DNA of 64,000 nt from an uncultured Chloroflexia bacterium (GCA_963765765.1 CAVXYC010000001.1:160001-224000), one strand, 5' to 3'. Positions 31,316-41,081 are shown, numbered from the stretch's first letter. The notes: generated from the sequence alone by a model not told the origin. Program-made: numbers and translations.

Positions 31316-31453
31316 TGTTTCAAAGCGCGGAGCGTGCGCCGGGAGGGGCGTGAGAGATCCTTTCTGGATCGGCTCCGTTGCCTGGCCGATCGCCACCGCG
31401 GTGGGGGACTGGTTCGATTGCGGGCTCAAGCCGCCAGTTCTATACTGGCGGCC

Positions 31454-32462
31454 ATGGACCCGTGGAGTCGTCGAGACTTCCTGCGCGCTAGCCTTGGCCT
31501 CACCGGCCTCGGCCTGCTCGCCGGCTGCGCGGCCTTGCCGGCGCCAGGTCAAGGGACGGCGAGGATGCCGCGCATCGGCTTCCTGCTCGTCGGCACCCGC
31601 GAAGGTCGGGCGGACCTGATCGAGGACTTCCTCCGGGGGCTGCGCGAGCACGGCTACGAGGATGGAAGGAACATCGGCATTGAATACCGCTTCTCGGATA
31701 CCGTCGACAATCGGCTGTCGGAGCTCGCGACCGAGCTGGTCGACCTGCAGCTCGATCTCATCCTGACGATAGGCACCCCGGCGAGCCGCGCCGCCAAGGA
31801 GGCCACCGGCACCATCCCCATCCTTGCCGCCTCGGTCTCTGACCCGGTCGGGAGCGGCCTGGTCGCCAGTCTCGCGCGGCCGGGCGGGAACGTTACCAGT
31901 TTGAGCAACTCGGGCAATGACACCGACATGAAGCGCATGGAGCGGCTCAAGGAGGTGGTCCCCGCGGCCTCCCGCGTCGCCGTCCTCGGGGGCCAAAGCA
32001 CTCCAGCGACAGGGCGGCGGATGGCAAACTTCGAGGCGGCGGCCCAGGTCCTGGGGCAGCAGGTGCGGCGGGTGCCGGCGCGGACGGCCGACGACTTCGC
32101 CGGCGCCTTCCGCGGCGGTCGGCTGGGGTGCCGACGCGGTGCTGGTGCCATCGGACGGCCTGACCGTCAGTTACCCGACTCGGGTCGTCGAGCTGGCGAC
32201 GCAGCATCGGCTGCCGACCTTCTACGAACATCGGGAGTTCACCGATGTGGGCGGGCTTGCGACCTACGGGCCCAACTACGCCGAGATCTACTGGCGCGCC
32301 GCCACCTACGTGGACAGGATCCTCAAAGGGGCCACGCCGGCCGATCTCCCCGTCGAAGAGCCCACGACCTTCGACTTCGTGATCAACCTCAAGGCCGCCC
32401 AGGGGCTCGGGCTGATCATCCCGCAGTCGGTCCTGGCCCAGGCGACCGAGCTCATCCAGTAG
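31454..32462 (+). CDS. ABC_sub_bind lipoprotein, orphan #2 (frameshift near 32110)
   Basis: RRDFL plus LAGC, SLARPGGNVT, DRILKGATPADLPVEEP, INLKAAQGLG. Confidence 0.9.
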
Positions 32463-32463
32463 C

Positions 32464-32543
32464 GAGTGAGCTCGCTCGAGCAATCTCCCTCTTTCGCTGA
32501 GCCCCTAGGTAGGCACGTTCCGATAATGGGGGTTATCGGAACG
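32464..32543. repeat. 54-bp accessory repeat plus perfect dif-like site E
   Basis: gagtgagctcgctcgagcaatctccctctttcgctgagcccctaggtaggcacg followed by cgttccgataa-tggggg-ttatcggaacg (32516-32543). Confidence 0.85.
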
Positions 32544-32559
32544 TCGACCGCCCCGGTGA

Positions 32560-33585
32560 CTACTGGATGACTTCGGTGGCCTGCGTCAGGATGGACTGCG
32601 GAATGGTCAGCCCCAGGGCGTGCGCTGTTTTGAGATTGATGGCGAAGTCGAACTCTGTGGGCCGCTCCATCGGCAGGTCGCCGGGGCGGGCACCTCGCAG
32701 GATCTTGTCCACGTACGGTGCTGCGCTCCGGTAGATCGCGGCTCGACTCGAGCCATATGCCAGCAAGCCTCCCGCCCGAGCGAACTCCGGAAATTCCGTG
32801 ATCGACGGCAGCCGATACCGGAGTGCTAACTCGGCGATGCGTCCCCACGCAGAGTCCCACTGGGTGGCGGCGAGAAGCTTGACGGCATCAGCGCCGGCTG
32901 CGGATACGGCCACGAACGCGTCGTCGAGGCCGCTGATGTTCGGTATGTGGACGACGTGAAGGTGTACCCCGAGGCCGGGCGCGGCCTCCTGGAGCGCCCG
33001 CAGGCGGATCTCTGATCCCGAGGTCGCGTCGGCGCTGCCTTCGCGGAGCACGGCTACACGGGAGGCGTGCGGAACCGCTTCCTTCAGTAGTTGAAGCTGC
33101 TTGCCTTCGAATTGCGACCCGCTGATGCCGGCCGTCCCGGTGATGTTCCCGCCGGGCCGCGCGATGTTGTCGACGAGCCCCATCTCGATTGCCTCCGTGC
33201 TGAACAGGATCGTCACGAGCGGGACCGTGGCGGTCGCTTGCTTGGCGGCGAGGCTGGCCGGCGGCGAGCCCACTACAATCAGCTCGACCTTCCGCTCGAC
33301 GAGCTCGGTCGCCAGCGCCCCGTACCGTTGGGAGTCTCCCCCGGCCCAGCGGGACTCCACGGCGAGGTTCCGGCCCTCGACCCAGCCCAGCTCCCGCAGT
33401 CCATCCCAGAACGCGTCCCAACGCCCGCCAGGCGCGCCTCCGAGGACCCCGATCAGGCGCACCCGCTCGGACGTTGGGGCCTGGGGAGGGAGCAGCCCGC
33501 AGCCGGCCAACAGACCGAGGCCGGCCACGGACAAGCCACCCATCAGGAAGCGGCGACGGGTGCTCGATGGTCCGAGTGGCGTCAT
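32560..33585 (-). CDS. ABC_sub_bind lipoprotein, orphan #3
   Basis: RRRFL plus LAGC, NIARPGGNITG, DKILRGARPGDLPMERP, INLKTAHALGLTIPQSIL. Confidence 0.93.
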   Translation of the reverse strand: MTPLGPSSTRRRFLMGGLSVAGLGLLAGCGLLPPQAPTSERVRLIGVLGGAPGGRWDAFWDGLRELGWVEGRNLAVESRWAGGDSQRYGALATELVERKVELIVVGSPPASLAAKQATATVPLVTILFSTEAIEMGLVDNIARPGGNITGTAGISGSQFEGKQLQLLKEAVPHASRVAVLREGSADATSGSEIRLRALQEAAPGLGVHLHVVHIPNISGLDDAFVAVSAAGADAVKLLAATQWDSAWGRIAELALRYRLPSITEFPEFARAGGLLAYGSSRAAIYRSAAPYVDKILRGARPGDLPMERPTEFDFAINLKTAHALGLTIPQSILTQATEVIQ

Positions 33586-33623
33586 GATGGCGCTAGTGTA
33601 CGCCCGCGTGGTGCCACAACGCA

Positions 33624-33705
33624 GAGTGAGCTCGCTCGAGCAATCTCCCCTCTTTCGCTGAGCCCCTAGGCAGGCACGGGGCCGATAATGGCGATTATCG
33701 GAGTG
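33624..33705. repeat. Second copy of accessory repeat plus dif-like site F
   Basis: Near-identical to 32464-32517, followed by ggggccgataa-tggcga-ttatcggagtg (33678-33705). Confidence 0.85.
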
Positions 33706-33933
33706 ATCGGGTTCCACTGTCGGGCGCGGCGTGCCTCCCGCGCTCACGCTATGATCTCACGTTGTGGCTTCCGCGGAATCCTCGTTTGGGAATTCTGCTT
33801 GGCTGTGCGGTACGGTTCGCCGAAGACGGCGACATCGATTTCCATACGAACGAACCGTTGCACTACATTCACTATCGTTGAAGCGTACAAGTCGTGACGG
33901 TGATAACCGTCTGGGTTCGGAGAGATTGCTTCC

Positions 33934-34695
33934 ATGAGGACCGTGCTCATCATTGGCATTGGTGCAGGCGATCCCGACTACATGACGGTGCAGGCCATTA
34001 AAGCGCTCAATCGAGTTGACGTGTTCTTCGTCATCGACAAAGGGCCACGCAAAGACGAGCTGGCCCGTCTACGGACCACTATCTGCGATCGCTACATTGA
34101 GCATCGCTCCTATCGGTTCGTTGAGATCCAGGACCCAGAGCGCGACCGATCAGGAAACCATTACCGAGCGGCCGTTGAGGCGTGGCGTCAGGAGCGAATG
34201 GAGAAATATCAGTTGGCCTTGCTCAGCGAGCTCGACCCTGAGGCTACCGGGGGATTTCTCGTCTGGGGCGATCCAACAATTTATGACGGCACGCTGGGCA
34301 TGATCCATGAGATTGCCGCGCGTGGTGCGGTTGATCTGAACTACGAGGTGATCCCGGGAATCTCCAGTGTTCAGGCACTGGCTGCACAGCACAAGGTTCC
34401 TTTGAATCGGGTGGGCGAGCCCATTCACATCACGACCGGTAGGCGCGTATCCGAAGGGCTCACGGCAGACCAGGACAATCTGGTTGTGATGCTCGATGGC
34501 GATCAGGCCTTTCGTCAGGTCGCCGACGAAGGTTTTGATATCTATTGGGGCGCGTATGTGGGTACGGAGGATGAGATTCTCGTATCCGGCCATCTTGAAG
34601 ATGTGAAGGATGAGCTGGAAACGATCCGTGCTGACGCCCGCGAAAAGCACGGCTGGATTATGGACACCTATATCCTTCGGCGGCGGGAGTCTTGA
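33934..34695 (+). CDS. cobF: Precorrin-6A synthase (deacetylating)
   Basis: IGIGAGDPDYMTVQAIKAL, FLVWGDP, YWGAYVGT, GWIMDTYILRR. Confidence 0.92.
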   Translation: MRTVLIIGIGAGDPDYMTVQAIKALNRVDVFFVIDKGPRKDELARLRTTICDRYIEHRSYRFVEIQDPERDRSGNHYRAAVEAWRQERMEKYQLALLSELDPEATGGFLVWGDPTIYDGTLGMIHEIAARGAVDLNYEVIPGISSVQALAAQHKVPLNRVGEPIHITTGRRVSEGLTADQDNLVVMLDGDQAFRQVADEGFDIYWGAYVGTEDEILVSGHLEDVKDELETIRADAREKHGWIMDTYILRRRES

Positions 34696-35456
34696 GCCTC
34701 GTCACGGCGAGCGGACCGGTGCTCGTGCTTGGGGGGACCTCGGAAGCTCGCGAAGTTGCTGATGCGCTGGACCAAGCCGGTCAACCAGTTGTGTCCTCAA
34801 TGGCTGGCCGCATAGCCTCGCCGAGCTTTCCCGCTGGTGAGGTGCGGGTCGGCGGATTTGGCGGCGCCGAGTCACTGGCGGAGTGGCTTGAGGTCAACAG
34901 GTGCGCCGCGGTGATCGATGCGACGCACCCATTCGCCGTGAGGATCTCAAAGTCCGCCGTCTCGGCCTGCGGCGCCGCTCAGGTGCCGCTCGTGCGATTG
35001 AATCGGCCCGGGTGGGTCCAGCAACCCGAAGACCGTTGGTACTGGGTCGATGATATCGAGTCGGCCGCCGTTCTGGCGCCGCGGCTCGGGAATCGAATCC
35101 TGCTGACCATCGGACGTCAGTACCTGAATGCCTTCGCACATGTATCAGACGCGTGGTTCCTGGTCCGCTCCGTGGACCCGCCAACGTTGACCCTACCGAT
35201 GGACCATGAGCTGCTGTTGAGTCGCGGACCATTCACGCTTGATGCTGAGATGGAGCTGATCCAGAGACATCGGATCGACCTCATTGTGACGAGAGATAGC
35301 GGCGGAGCTGCCACCGAGCCCAAGCTTCTTGCTGCACGGGCACGCGGTCTCCCGGTTGTTGTCGTGCGCCGACCGCCTTGTCCTGATGTATTCACCGTGC
35401 CGGGAGCCCCCGAGGCCCTGGCGTGGCTGCAAGAAGTGGCGGGTCGGAGCTGGTGA
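34692..35456 (+). CDS. cobK: Precorrin-6A/cobalt-precorrin-6A reductase
   Basis: VLGGTSEA, RVGGFGG, IDATHPFA, RGPF, DSGG. Confidence 0.92.
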   Translation: MSLVTASGPVLVLGGTSEAREVADALDQAGQPVVSSMAGRIASPSFPAGEVRVGGFGGAESLAEWLEVNRCAAVIDATHPFAVRISKSAVSACGAAQVPLVRLNRPGWVQQPEDRWYWVDDIESAAVLAPRLGNRILLTIGRQYLNAFAHVSDAWFLVRSVDPPTLTLPMDHELLLSRGPFTLDAEMELIQRHRIDLIVTRDSGGAATEPKLLAARARGLPVVVVRRPPCPDVFTVPGAPEALAWLQEVAGRSW

Positions 35457-36697
35457 ACCGGGCTCCAGATCAGCACCGTCAACCTTGCCCTGTGCTTGTC
35501 GTTGGCGTGGACGATGCTGCGCCACGGACGGTTCCCGAGTCACTTAGCCGCCGTATCAAGGACGCGGATCTCGTATGTGGCGGCGAGCGACACTTCGATC
35601 ATTTTTCGGAGATCGTGCAAGAGCGATTGGTCATCAAGGCGCCCCTGTCCGACGTTTTAGAGCGAATCGAAGACGCGCACCGGTCTCACAAAAAAGTGGT
35701 TGTCCTGGCATCCGGCGATCCTTGCTGTTTCGGCATTGGCCCGTTGGTGGCGGAGCGACTCGGTCGCGAGCATGTCGAAATCATTCCGAGCGTCAGCTCA
35801 GTTCAGCTCTTGTTTGCCAGGCTGGGGGAGCCGTGGCAACATGTGCGCATCCTGAGCGCGCACGGTCGGCCGATCGAGCCGGTGATCGGCCCTGCGCTCT
35901 CGGCCCGTTACTCGGCCATTTTGGCCGACGATCAACACTCCCCAGCACGAATCGCAGCGGCGTTACTGGACGCAGGGATGGAAAACTGCAGAGCGGTGGT
36001 CGGAGAGCGCCTTGGCGGCCCTGCTGAACGGATCATTGACGGCACTCTCGCATCGATCGTGGATCAAACTTGCGATCCACTCTCAGTCCTGGCACTGTTT
36101 CGCGGTCAAGCTGACATTCGCGTCCCACGCATCGGGTTAGCAGAGCGCTTGTATCACCATCGAGATGGGATGATCACAAAGTCGGAAATCAGGGCCGTGA
36201 GCCTTGGTCATCTTGCTATACAACCCGGAGATATTGTCTGGGACATTGGTGCAGGCTGTGGCTCAGTAGGCCTGGAAGCAGCCAGTCTCGTTGATAGCGG
36301 ATTTGTCTATGCCATCGAGCGAGATGCCCAGCAGGTTGAGCTGATTCATCGCAATTTGAAGACGTTTCCCAGTCCGCTCCGGATCATCTTCGGCGAGGCG
36401 CCCGAGGCGCTCGCGGAGCTTCCCTCACCTGACGCGGTGTTCGCCGGCGGCTCTGGTGGGAATCTGGAGAAAATTGTCGATGTTGCACTCAAGCGACTGA
36501 GACCGGGAGGCCGGCTCGTTGCCAATTTTGTGATCCTGGAACATATGCTGGCGTTTCAGCGCCAGGTTCAGTTGGCCGGCTGGAGCTGCGATGTGTCGCA
36601 GGTGTCGGTAAGCCGGGGAGATGCACTTGGCAGGCTGGGGGCGCTGAACCCGATATTCGTCCTCAAAGCGGCGCGAATATCGGGCGGCAGCCAATGA
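35453..36697 (+). CDS. cobL: Precorrin-6Y C5,15-methyltransferase (CbiE/CbiT fusion)
   Basis: LASGDP, SAHGR, ITKSEIRA, WDIGAGCGSV, GGSGG. Confidence 0.9.
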   Translation: MNRAPDQHRQPCPVLVVGVDDAAPRTVPESLSRRIKDADLVCGGERHFDHFSEIVQERLVIKAPLSDVLERIEDAHRSHKKVVVLASGDPCCFGIGPLVAERLGREHVEIIPSVSSVQLLFARLGEPWQHVRILSAHGRPIEPVIGPALSARYSAILADDQHSPARIAAALLDAGMENCRAVVGERLGGPAERIIDGTLASIVDQTCDPLSVLALFRGQADIRVPRIGLAERLYHHRDGMITKSEIRAVSLGHLAIQPGDIVWDIGAGCGSVGLEAASLVDSGFVYAIERDAQQVELIHRNLKTFPSPLRIIFGEAPEALAELPSPDAVFAGGSGGNLEKIVDVALKRLRPGGRLVANFVILEHMLAFQRQVQLAGWSCDVSQVSVSRGDALGRLGALNPIFVLKAARISGGSQ

Positions 36698-36731
36698 GTC
36701 CACTCGGTGAACGCGATCACGGCTCAGCGCC

Positions 36732-37451
36732 ATGAGCGTCCTCCCAACGCTCCATGGCATTGGCGTCGGGCCGGGCGACCCAGAGCTGCTGACTATCAAA
36801 GGCGCCCGCCTGATTCGAGAAGCAGGAGTAATCTTCGTTCCCGCTGCGCGCTCCGGTCAGCGCAGCCTCGCTCGATCCATCGCCGCGCCGTACATCGATG
36901 GAGACAAGAGGGTCGTCGAGCTCATCTACCCAACAGATGGTCGAGCACGGCAGATGCTCGAGGATTGCTGGGACGCCAGCGCGGATACGATTGCGATCGC
37001 ACTCCAACGGGAGCCCATGGGTGTGTTCCTTACCGAGGGCGATGCGATGCTCTACAGCACGTTCATCTATACGATGGAGGCACTGAGCCGTCGGCATCCA
37101 GCGGTCAATATTGAGATTGTTCCGGGAGTTAGCTCCATACATGCAGCGGCTGCGGCTACGGGTGTTCCACTGGCCACGGCAGACCAGCGCGTCGCCATCC
37201 TTCCGTCCGACTCTCCTGAAGCCGTACTCCGCTCAACGCTAACCACAAGCGACACGACAGTGCTCCTGAAACTGAGTAGTGGCGCGGAGACACTCCTTAA
37301 CCTGCTGGACGAGCTACGGCTCATGGACCACGCCGTCTGGATTCGGAGATGCGGTCAGCCTGAGCAAGAGATCGTCCGTGACGTTCGTGCTCTCAGAAAT
37401 CAACGTTTGGATTACTTCTCACTCATGATCGTAAAGCGCCCTGGGCAATGA
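36732..37451 (+). CDS. cobI: Precorrin-2 C20-methyltransferase
   Basis: GVGPGDPELLTIK, TEGDAMLYSTF, YFSLMIV. Confidence 0.9.
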   Translation: MSVLPTLHGIGVGPGDPELLTIKGARLIREAGVIFVPAARSGQRSLARSIAAPYIDGDKRVVELIYPTDGRARQMLEDCWDASADTIAIALQREPMGVFLTEGDAMLYSTFIYTMEALSRRHPAVNIEIVPGVSSIHAAAAATGVPLATADQRVAILPSDSPEAVLRSTLTTSDTTVLLKLSSGAETLLNLLDELRLMDHAVWIRRCGQPEQEIVRDVRALRNQRLDYFSLMIVKRPGQ

Positions 37452-38348
37452 GCGGCATCGTCTATTTCATCGGCGCCGGGCCCGGCGGCGCCCGACCTCC
37501 TTACCGTCCGCGCCGACCGCTTGATCCGCGAGGCCGACGTGGTCATCTATGCCGATTCACTGGTGCACCCGAACGTAGCGCGTCTTGCGAAGCCGGATGC
37601 CACGATCGAAGCCAGCTCGCGGCTCACGCTCGAGCAGATGAGCGCGTTGACCATCGAAGCAGCGCAGGCAGGAAAGACAGTCGTCCGACTACAAAGCGGC
37701 GATCCCGCTGTGTACGGCGCGATGCTGGAGCAGATCTCCAGGCTACGAGAAGCCGGCATACCTTACGAGATCGTCCCAGGAGTGAGCTCCGCCTTTGCCG
37801 CCGCGGCGCTTCTAGATGCTGAGCTGACCGTGCCGGGTGTAAGTCAAACGATCATCATGACTCGAACCGCGGGCCGCACCGGCGCACTCCCCGAAGGCGA
37901 AGATTTGCGTGATCTGGCCCGACATGGGGCGTCGTTGGCGCTGTTCTTGAGCGGAGCATTGCTGCGCAAGGCCGTACCGGAGCTCATCGAAGGCGGATAC
38001 GCGCCAGGGACGCCCGCGGCGATCGTCTATCGAGCCACCTGGGAGGACCAGCAAGTCATCCGCGGTGCACTCGTCGACATGGTTGATCTGGCGCACGCCG
38101 CCGGTATCACGAAACAAGCGTTGTTGATGGTTGGAAACGCGCTGGACCCCGGCCTGCTGGATGACCCGGGAAGACGCTCACACTTATATGATCCGTCGTA
38201 TAGCCACGGGCGGAGAGTGGCGCGCGTGCCTTCTGTCGAGGGAGAGCATCCGCGGGACCCTCACCCCAGCCCTCTCCCAGGGGGAGAGGGAGCCGGCGAA
38301 TCCGGGGGCTCGCTGGCTCCCTCTCCCCCTGGGAGAGGGTTGGGGTGA
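37448..38348 (+). CDS. cobM: Precorrin-4 C11-methyltransferase (frameshift near 37490)
   Basis: VYFIGAGPG, YADSLV, RLQSGDP, SHLYDPSYSHG. Confidence 0.92.
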
Positions 38349-38355
38349 GGGTCCC
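38254..38355. repeat. BoxC-like palindrome, 46-bp arms, spanning the cobM/cbiG junction
   Basis: gggaccctcaccccagccctctcccagggggagagggagccggcga and its reverse complement with 2 mismatches at 38310-38355. Confidence 0.9.
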
Positions 38356-39406
38356 ACGAACACAACTCACTACAGCGGTCGTGGCCGTCACCCATCCAGG
38401 AGCGCGAATCGCCGAACGCATTGCCGCGGAGCTTCCCGACGCCCAACTGGAGAGAGCCGACGCGGCGTCCGGTGGTGTGCGCGGACTTCTCAAGCGGCTG
38501 TGGACTTCGTCTGACGAAATTATCCTGGTGATGGCGGCCGGCGCGGCGACCCGATTGATCGCGCCGCTGCTTTCCGACAAGCGTATTGATCCGGGCGTGG
38601 TCGTCGTTGACGACGCCGGTCGCTTCGCCATCAGCTTGATCGGCGGACATCGTGCCGAGGCGAACCGGCTCGCGGAGCGTGTGGCCGCGGTAATCGGCGC
38701 TCAAGCCGTCACGACAACGGCGGCCGAAGCGCTGGGACTGCCCTCCGTTGAATCGCTGGCCCACGAACAAGGCTGGACCATTGAGAATGATGGCGTAGCC
38801 GTGACACGCCTGGCGGCGGCCATCGTGAACGGGGAGCCCATTGGCACCCTGAGCCATGGCGCAAACACTTCGTGGTGGACCGGACCGGTAGACCAGGTCA
38901 TAGGCTTCGAATCGCTGGAGCAGCTTTCCGAAGCGAACGTTGATAGCGCGTTGGTGATTACTGATGGCGCTGTTCCCCGCACGTACGCCAGCAATCTGGA
39001 TCACTGGGTCATCGCGCGGCCCAGGACGCTTGTCGTTGGCGTTGGCTGCTCGACGGGCGCGTCGCCAGCCGATGTGGAAGCCCTGGTGCTTTCAGCCCTC
39101 GACGAAGCCCAGGTGAGCCCACTAAGCGTCTCGGCATTGGCGTCTATCGATCGGCGAGCGGACGAGCCGGCGATTCGCCAGCTCGCGGAGCGACTCGGAT
39201 GCGCATTGCAGACGTTCACCGCCGCGCAGCTCGCTGAGATGCACGTACCGTCGCCATCGGATGCCGTGAAGATCGCCGTCGGTACGCCAAGCGTGTGCGA
39301 GGCAGCGGCCCTTCTCGCCTCCGGCTCGGATCAATTACTGGTCACCAAGCGGAAAAACGCGGTCGCGACGGCGGCCATTGCGCGACTGGCTGATCCCGGA
39401 ATATGA
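38345..39406 (+). CDS. cbiG: Cobalt-precorrin-5A hydrolase
   Basis: DKRIDPGVVVVDD, SLIGGH, VGVGC, VGTPSVCEAAAL. Confidence 0.9.
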   Translation: MRVPRTQLTTAVVAVTHPGARIAERIAAELPDAQLERADAASGGVRGLLKRLWTSSDEIILVMAAGAATRLIAPLLSDKRIDPGVVVVDDAGRFAISLIGGHRAEANRLAERVAAVIGAQAVTTTAAEALGLPSVESLAHEQGWTIENDGVAVTRLAAAIVNGEPIGTLSHGANTSWWTGPVDQVIGFESLEQLSEANVDSALVITDGAVPRTYASNLDHWVIARPRTLVVGVGCSTGASPADVEALVLSALDEAQVSPLSVSALASIDRRADEPAIRQLAERLGCALQTFTAAQLAEMHVPSPSDAVKIAVGTPSVCEAAALLASGSDQLLVTKRKNAVATAAIARLADPGI

Positions 39407-40191
39407 CGTCTCAGGAAGCGCCCGGCTCCGAGGCATCTGGGGCCATTGACCTCATTGGCATCGGCCCCGGCGGCCCAGAGCATCTCACCTTTGCCGCCGC
39501 GGCGGCGCTGCGTCAGTCGGACGTCGTCATTGGCTATCACGTCTACGTGGATCAGGTCAGAGCCCGGCTGCGGGGCAAGCGTGTCATTAGTAGGGACATT
39601 GGTCTGGAGATGGAGCGCGCCTCGGAAGCCATCATCCTGGCATGTCAGGGGCATCGCGTGGCGCTGATCTCAGGCGGAGATGCCGGTATTTACGGTATGG
39701 CCGCACCACTCTTCGAGACACTGGAAGCCCGTGGCTGGCGACCCGGCCTGGCGCCGCGCGTACGAGTCATCCCGGGCGTCTCGGCGGCACAAGCCGCCGC
39801 ATCGGTTCTCGGCGCGCCACTTATGCACGACTTCGCCACCATCAGCTTGAGCGACCTCATGACTCCTTGGGAAGTCATCAGTCAGCGCATCGAAGCTGCT
39901 GCCCGTGCAGACTTCGTACTGGCGCTCTACAACCCCGCCAGTAAGAAGCGAGTGGAGCAGCTCGATCAGGCGTTTCGCATCGTTGGTTTGTTTCGCTCTG
40001 CCGAAACGCCAGTGGCTTTTGTTCGCAATGCGGGAAGAGCGGGCGAGGTGGCCGAGATCACTCGACTCGGAAGCGCGAAGGCGAGCCAGGCCGACATGCG
40101 CACGCTCGTCATCATTGGAAGCACACAGACCCGTAGGCTCGGCGACCTGCTGCTTACCCCGCGCGGCTACGCGAGCCGCAACGGGAATTAG
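39403..40191 (+). CDS. cobJ: Precorrin-3B C17-methyltransferase
   Basis: GIGPGG, ISGGDAGIYGMA, ISLSDLMTPW, LYNP, TPRGY. Confidence 0.92.
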   Translation: MTSQEAPGSEASGAIDLIGIGPGGPEHLTFAAAAALRQSDVVIGYHVYVDQVRARLRGKRVISRDIGLEMERASEAIILACQGHRVALISGGDAGIYGMAAPLFETLEARGWRPGLAPRVRVIPGVSAAQAAASVLGAPLMHDFATISLSDLMTPWEVISQRIEAAARADFVLALYNPASKKRVEQLDQAFRIVGLFRSAETPVAFVRNAGRAGEVAEITRLGSAKASQADMRTLVIIGSTQTRRLGDLLLTPRGYASRNGN

Positions 40192-40199
40192 CTCGCCGC

Positions 40200-41081
40200 A
40201 TGCCGCTATGGGCCAACTACGCGCTGCTATTGCTGGCTGTGCTGATCTGGGGATCGCTTCATCCCGTATCGAAGCTGACTCTGGCCGAGGTAGCACCGTT
40301 GCAGCTTGCCGCGTCTCGGGTCAGCCTCGCGGCGCTGGTACTCATACCGATCTGCCTGGTCACCGGACGTGCTTCGCGGCTGGCGCAGGCCGCGCGCAAG
40401 GCGCCCGGCACGATCATACTGCTCGGATTGCTCGGCTATCCGTTCTCAATGGCGCTATCCATGCTGGCGCTCACCTCGGTCCCGGCGGCCCTTAACGCGC
40501 TTTTCGCCAACAGCAGTCCTCTCTTTGTGGCGCTCTATGCCATCACACTGCTGAGGGAGAAGCCCAGCCGTCGGGCGCTCGCCGGTATCGTTCTGGGGTT
40601 TGGCGGCGTGGTCCTGCTCTCAATGGGAGGCGCTCCTGGCGGTGGCGCACTTGAGCCGCTGGCAGTGTTGCTGTCCCTCACCGCGGCGGCCTCCTGGGCC
40701 GCGTACTCGGCGGTGGCTCGTGGAATCCTGACGGACCTGGACCCGATTGCCGTCACCGCGCTGGCGGCCGCGGCGGGAGCGATTCCGGTGCTTCTGGCCG
40801 CGGTGATCTGGACGGGTGGCATGTCGGATCCGTTCCAAGCTTCGTCGCAAGTTCAGCTCTACGTGCTCTGGGTAGGACTGGTAGCAACGGGCGTCAATTT
40901 CACGATCTGGGCGGTCGCGCTCCGTCGATTACGAACGGTCAGCGTCTCCGCGTTTCAATACATGATCCCGGTGGTCGCAATGGTCATCGCCGCCATCCTG
41001 CTTGGAGAACAGCCCACTCCGCTTGTCATCCTGGGCGCCGGACTTGTCCTTGCCGGCGTCGCCGCGGCGCAGGCTGGATAG
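40200..41081 (+). CDS. DMT/EamA family transporter
   Basis: 10-TM pattern, IWG, LLREK, LLGE. Confidence 0.88.
   Translation: MPLWANYALLLLAVLIWGSLHPVSKLTLAEVAPLQLAASRVSLAALVLIPICLVTGRASRLAQAARKAPGTIILLGLLGYPFSMALSMLALTSVPAALNALFANSSPLFVALYAITLLREKPSRRALAGIVLGFGGVVLLSMGGAPGGGALEPLAVLLSLTAAASWAAYSAVARGILTDLDPIAVTALAAAAGAIPVLLAAVIWTGGMSDPFQASSQVQLYVLWVGLVATGVNFTIWAVALRRLRTVSVSAFQYMIPVVAMVIAAILLGEQPTPLVILGAGLVLAGVAAAQAG

Noticed and set aside
32464-33705. CRISPR array
   Set aside because: Only two long repeats separated by a whole gene; no regular spacers and no cas genes.
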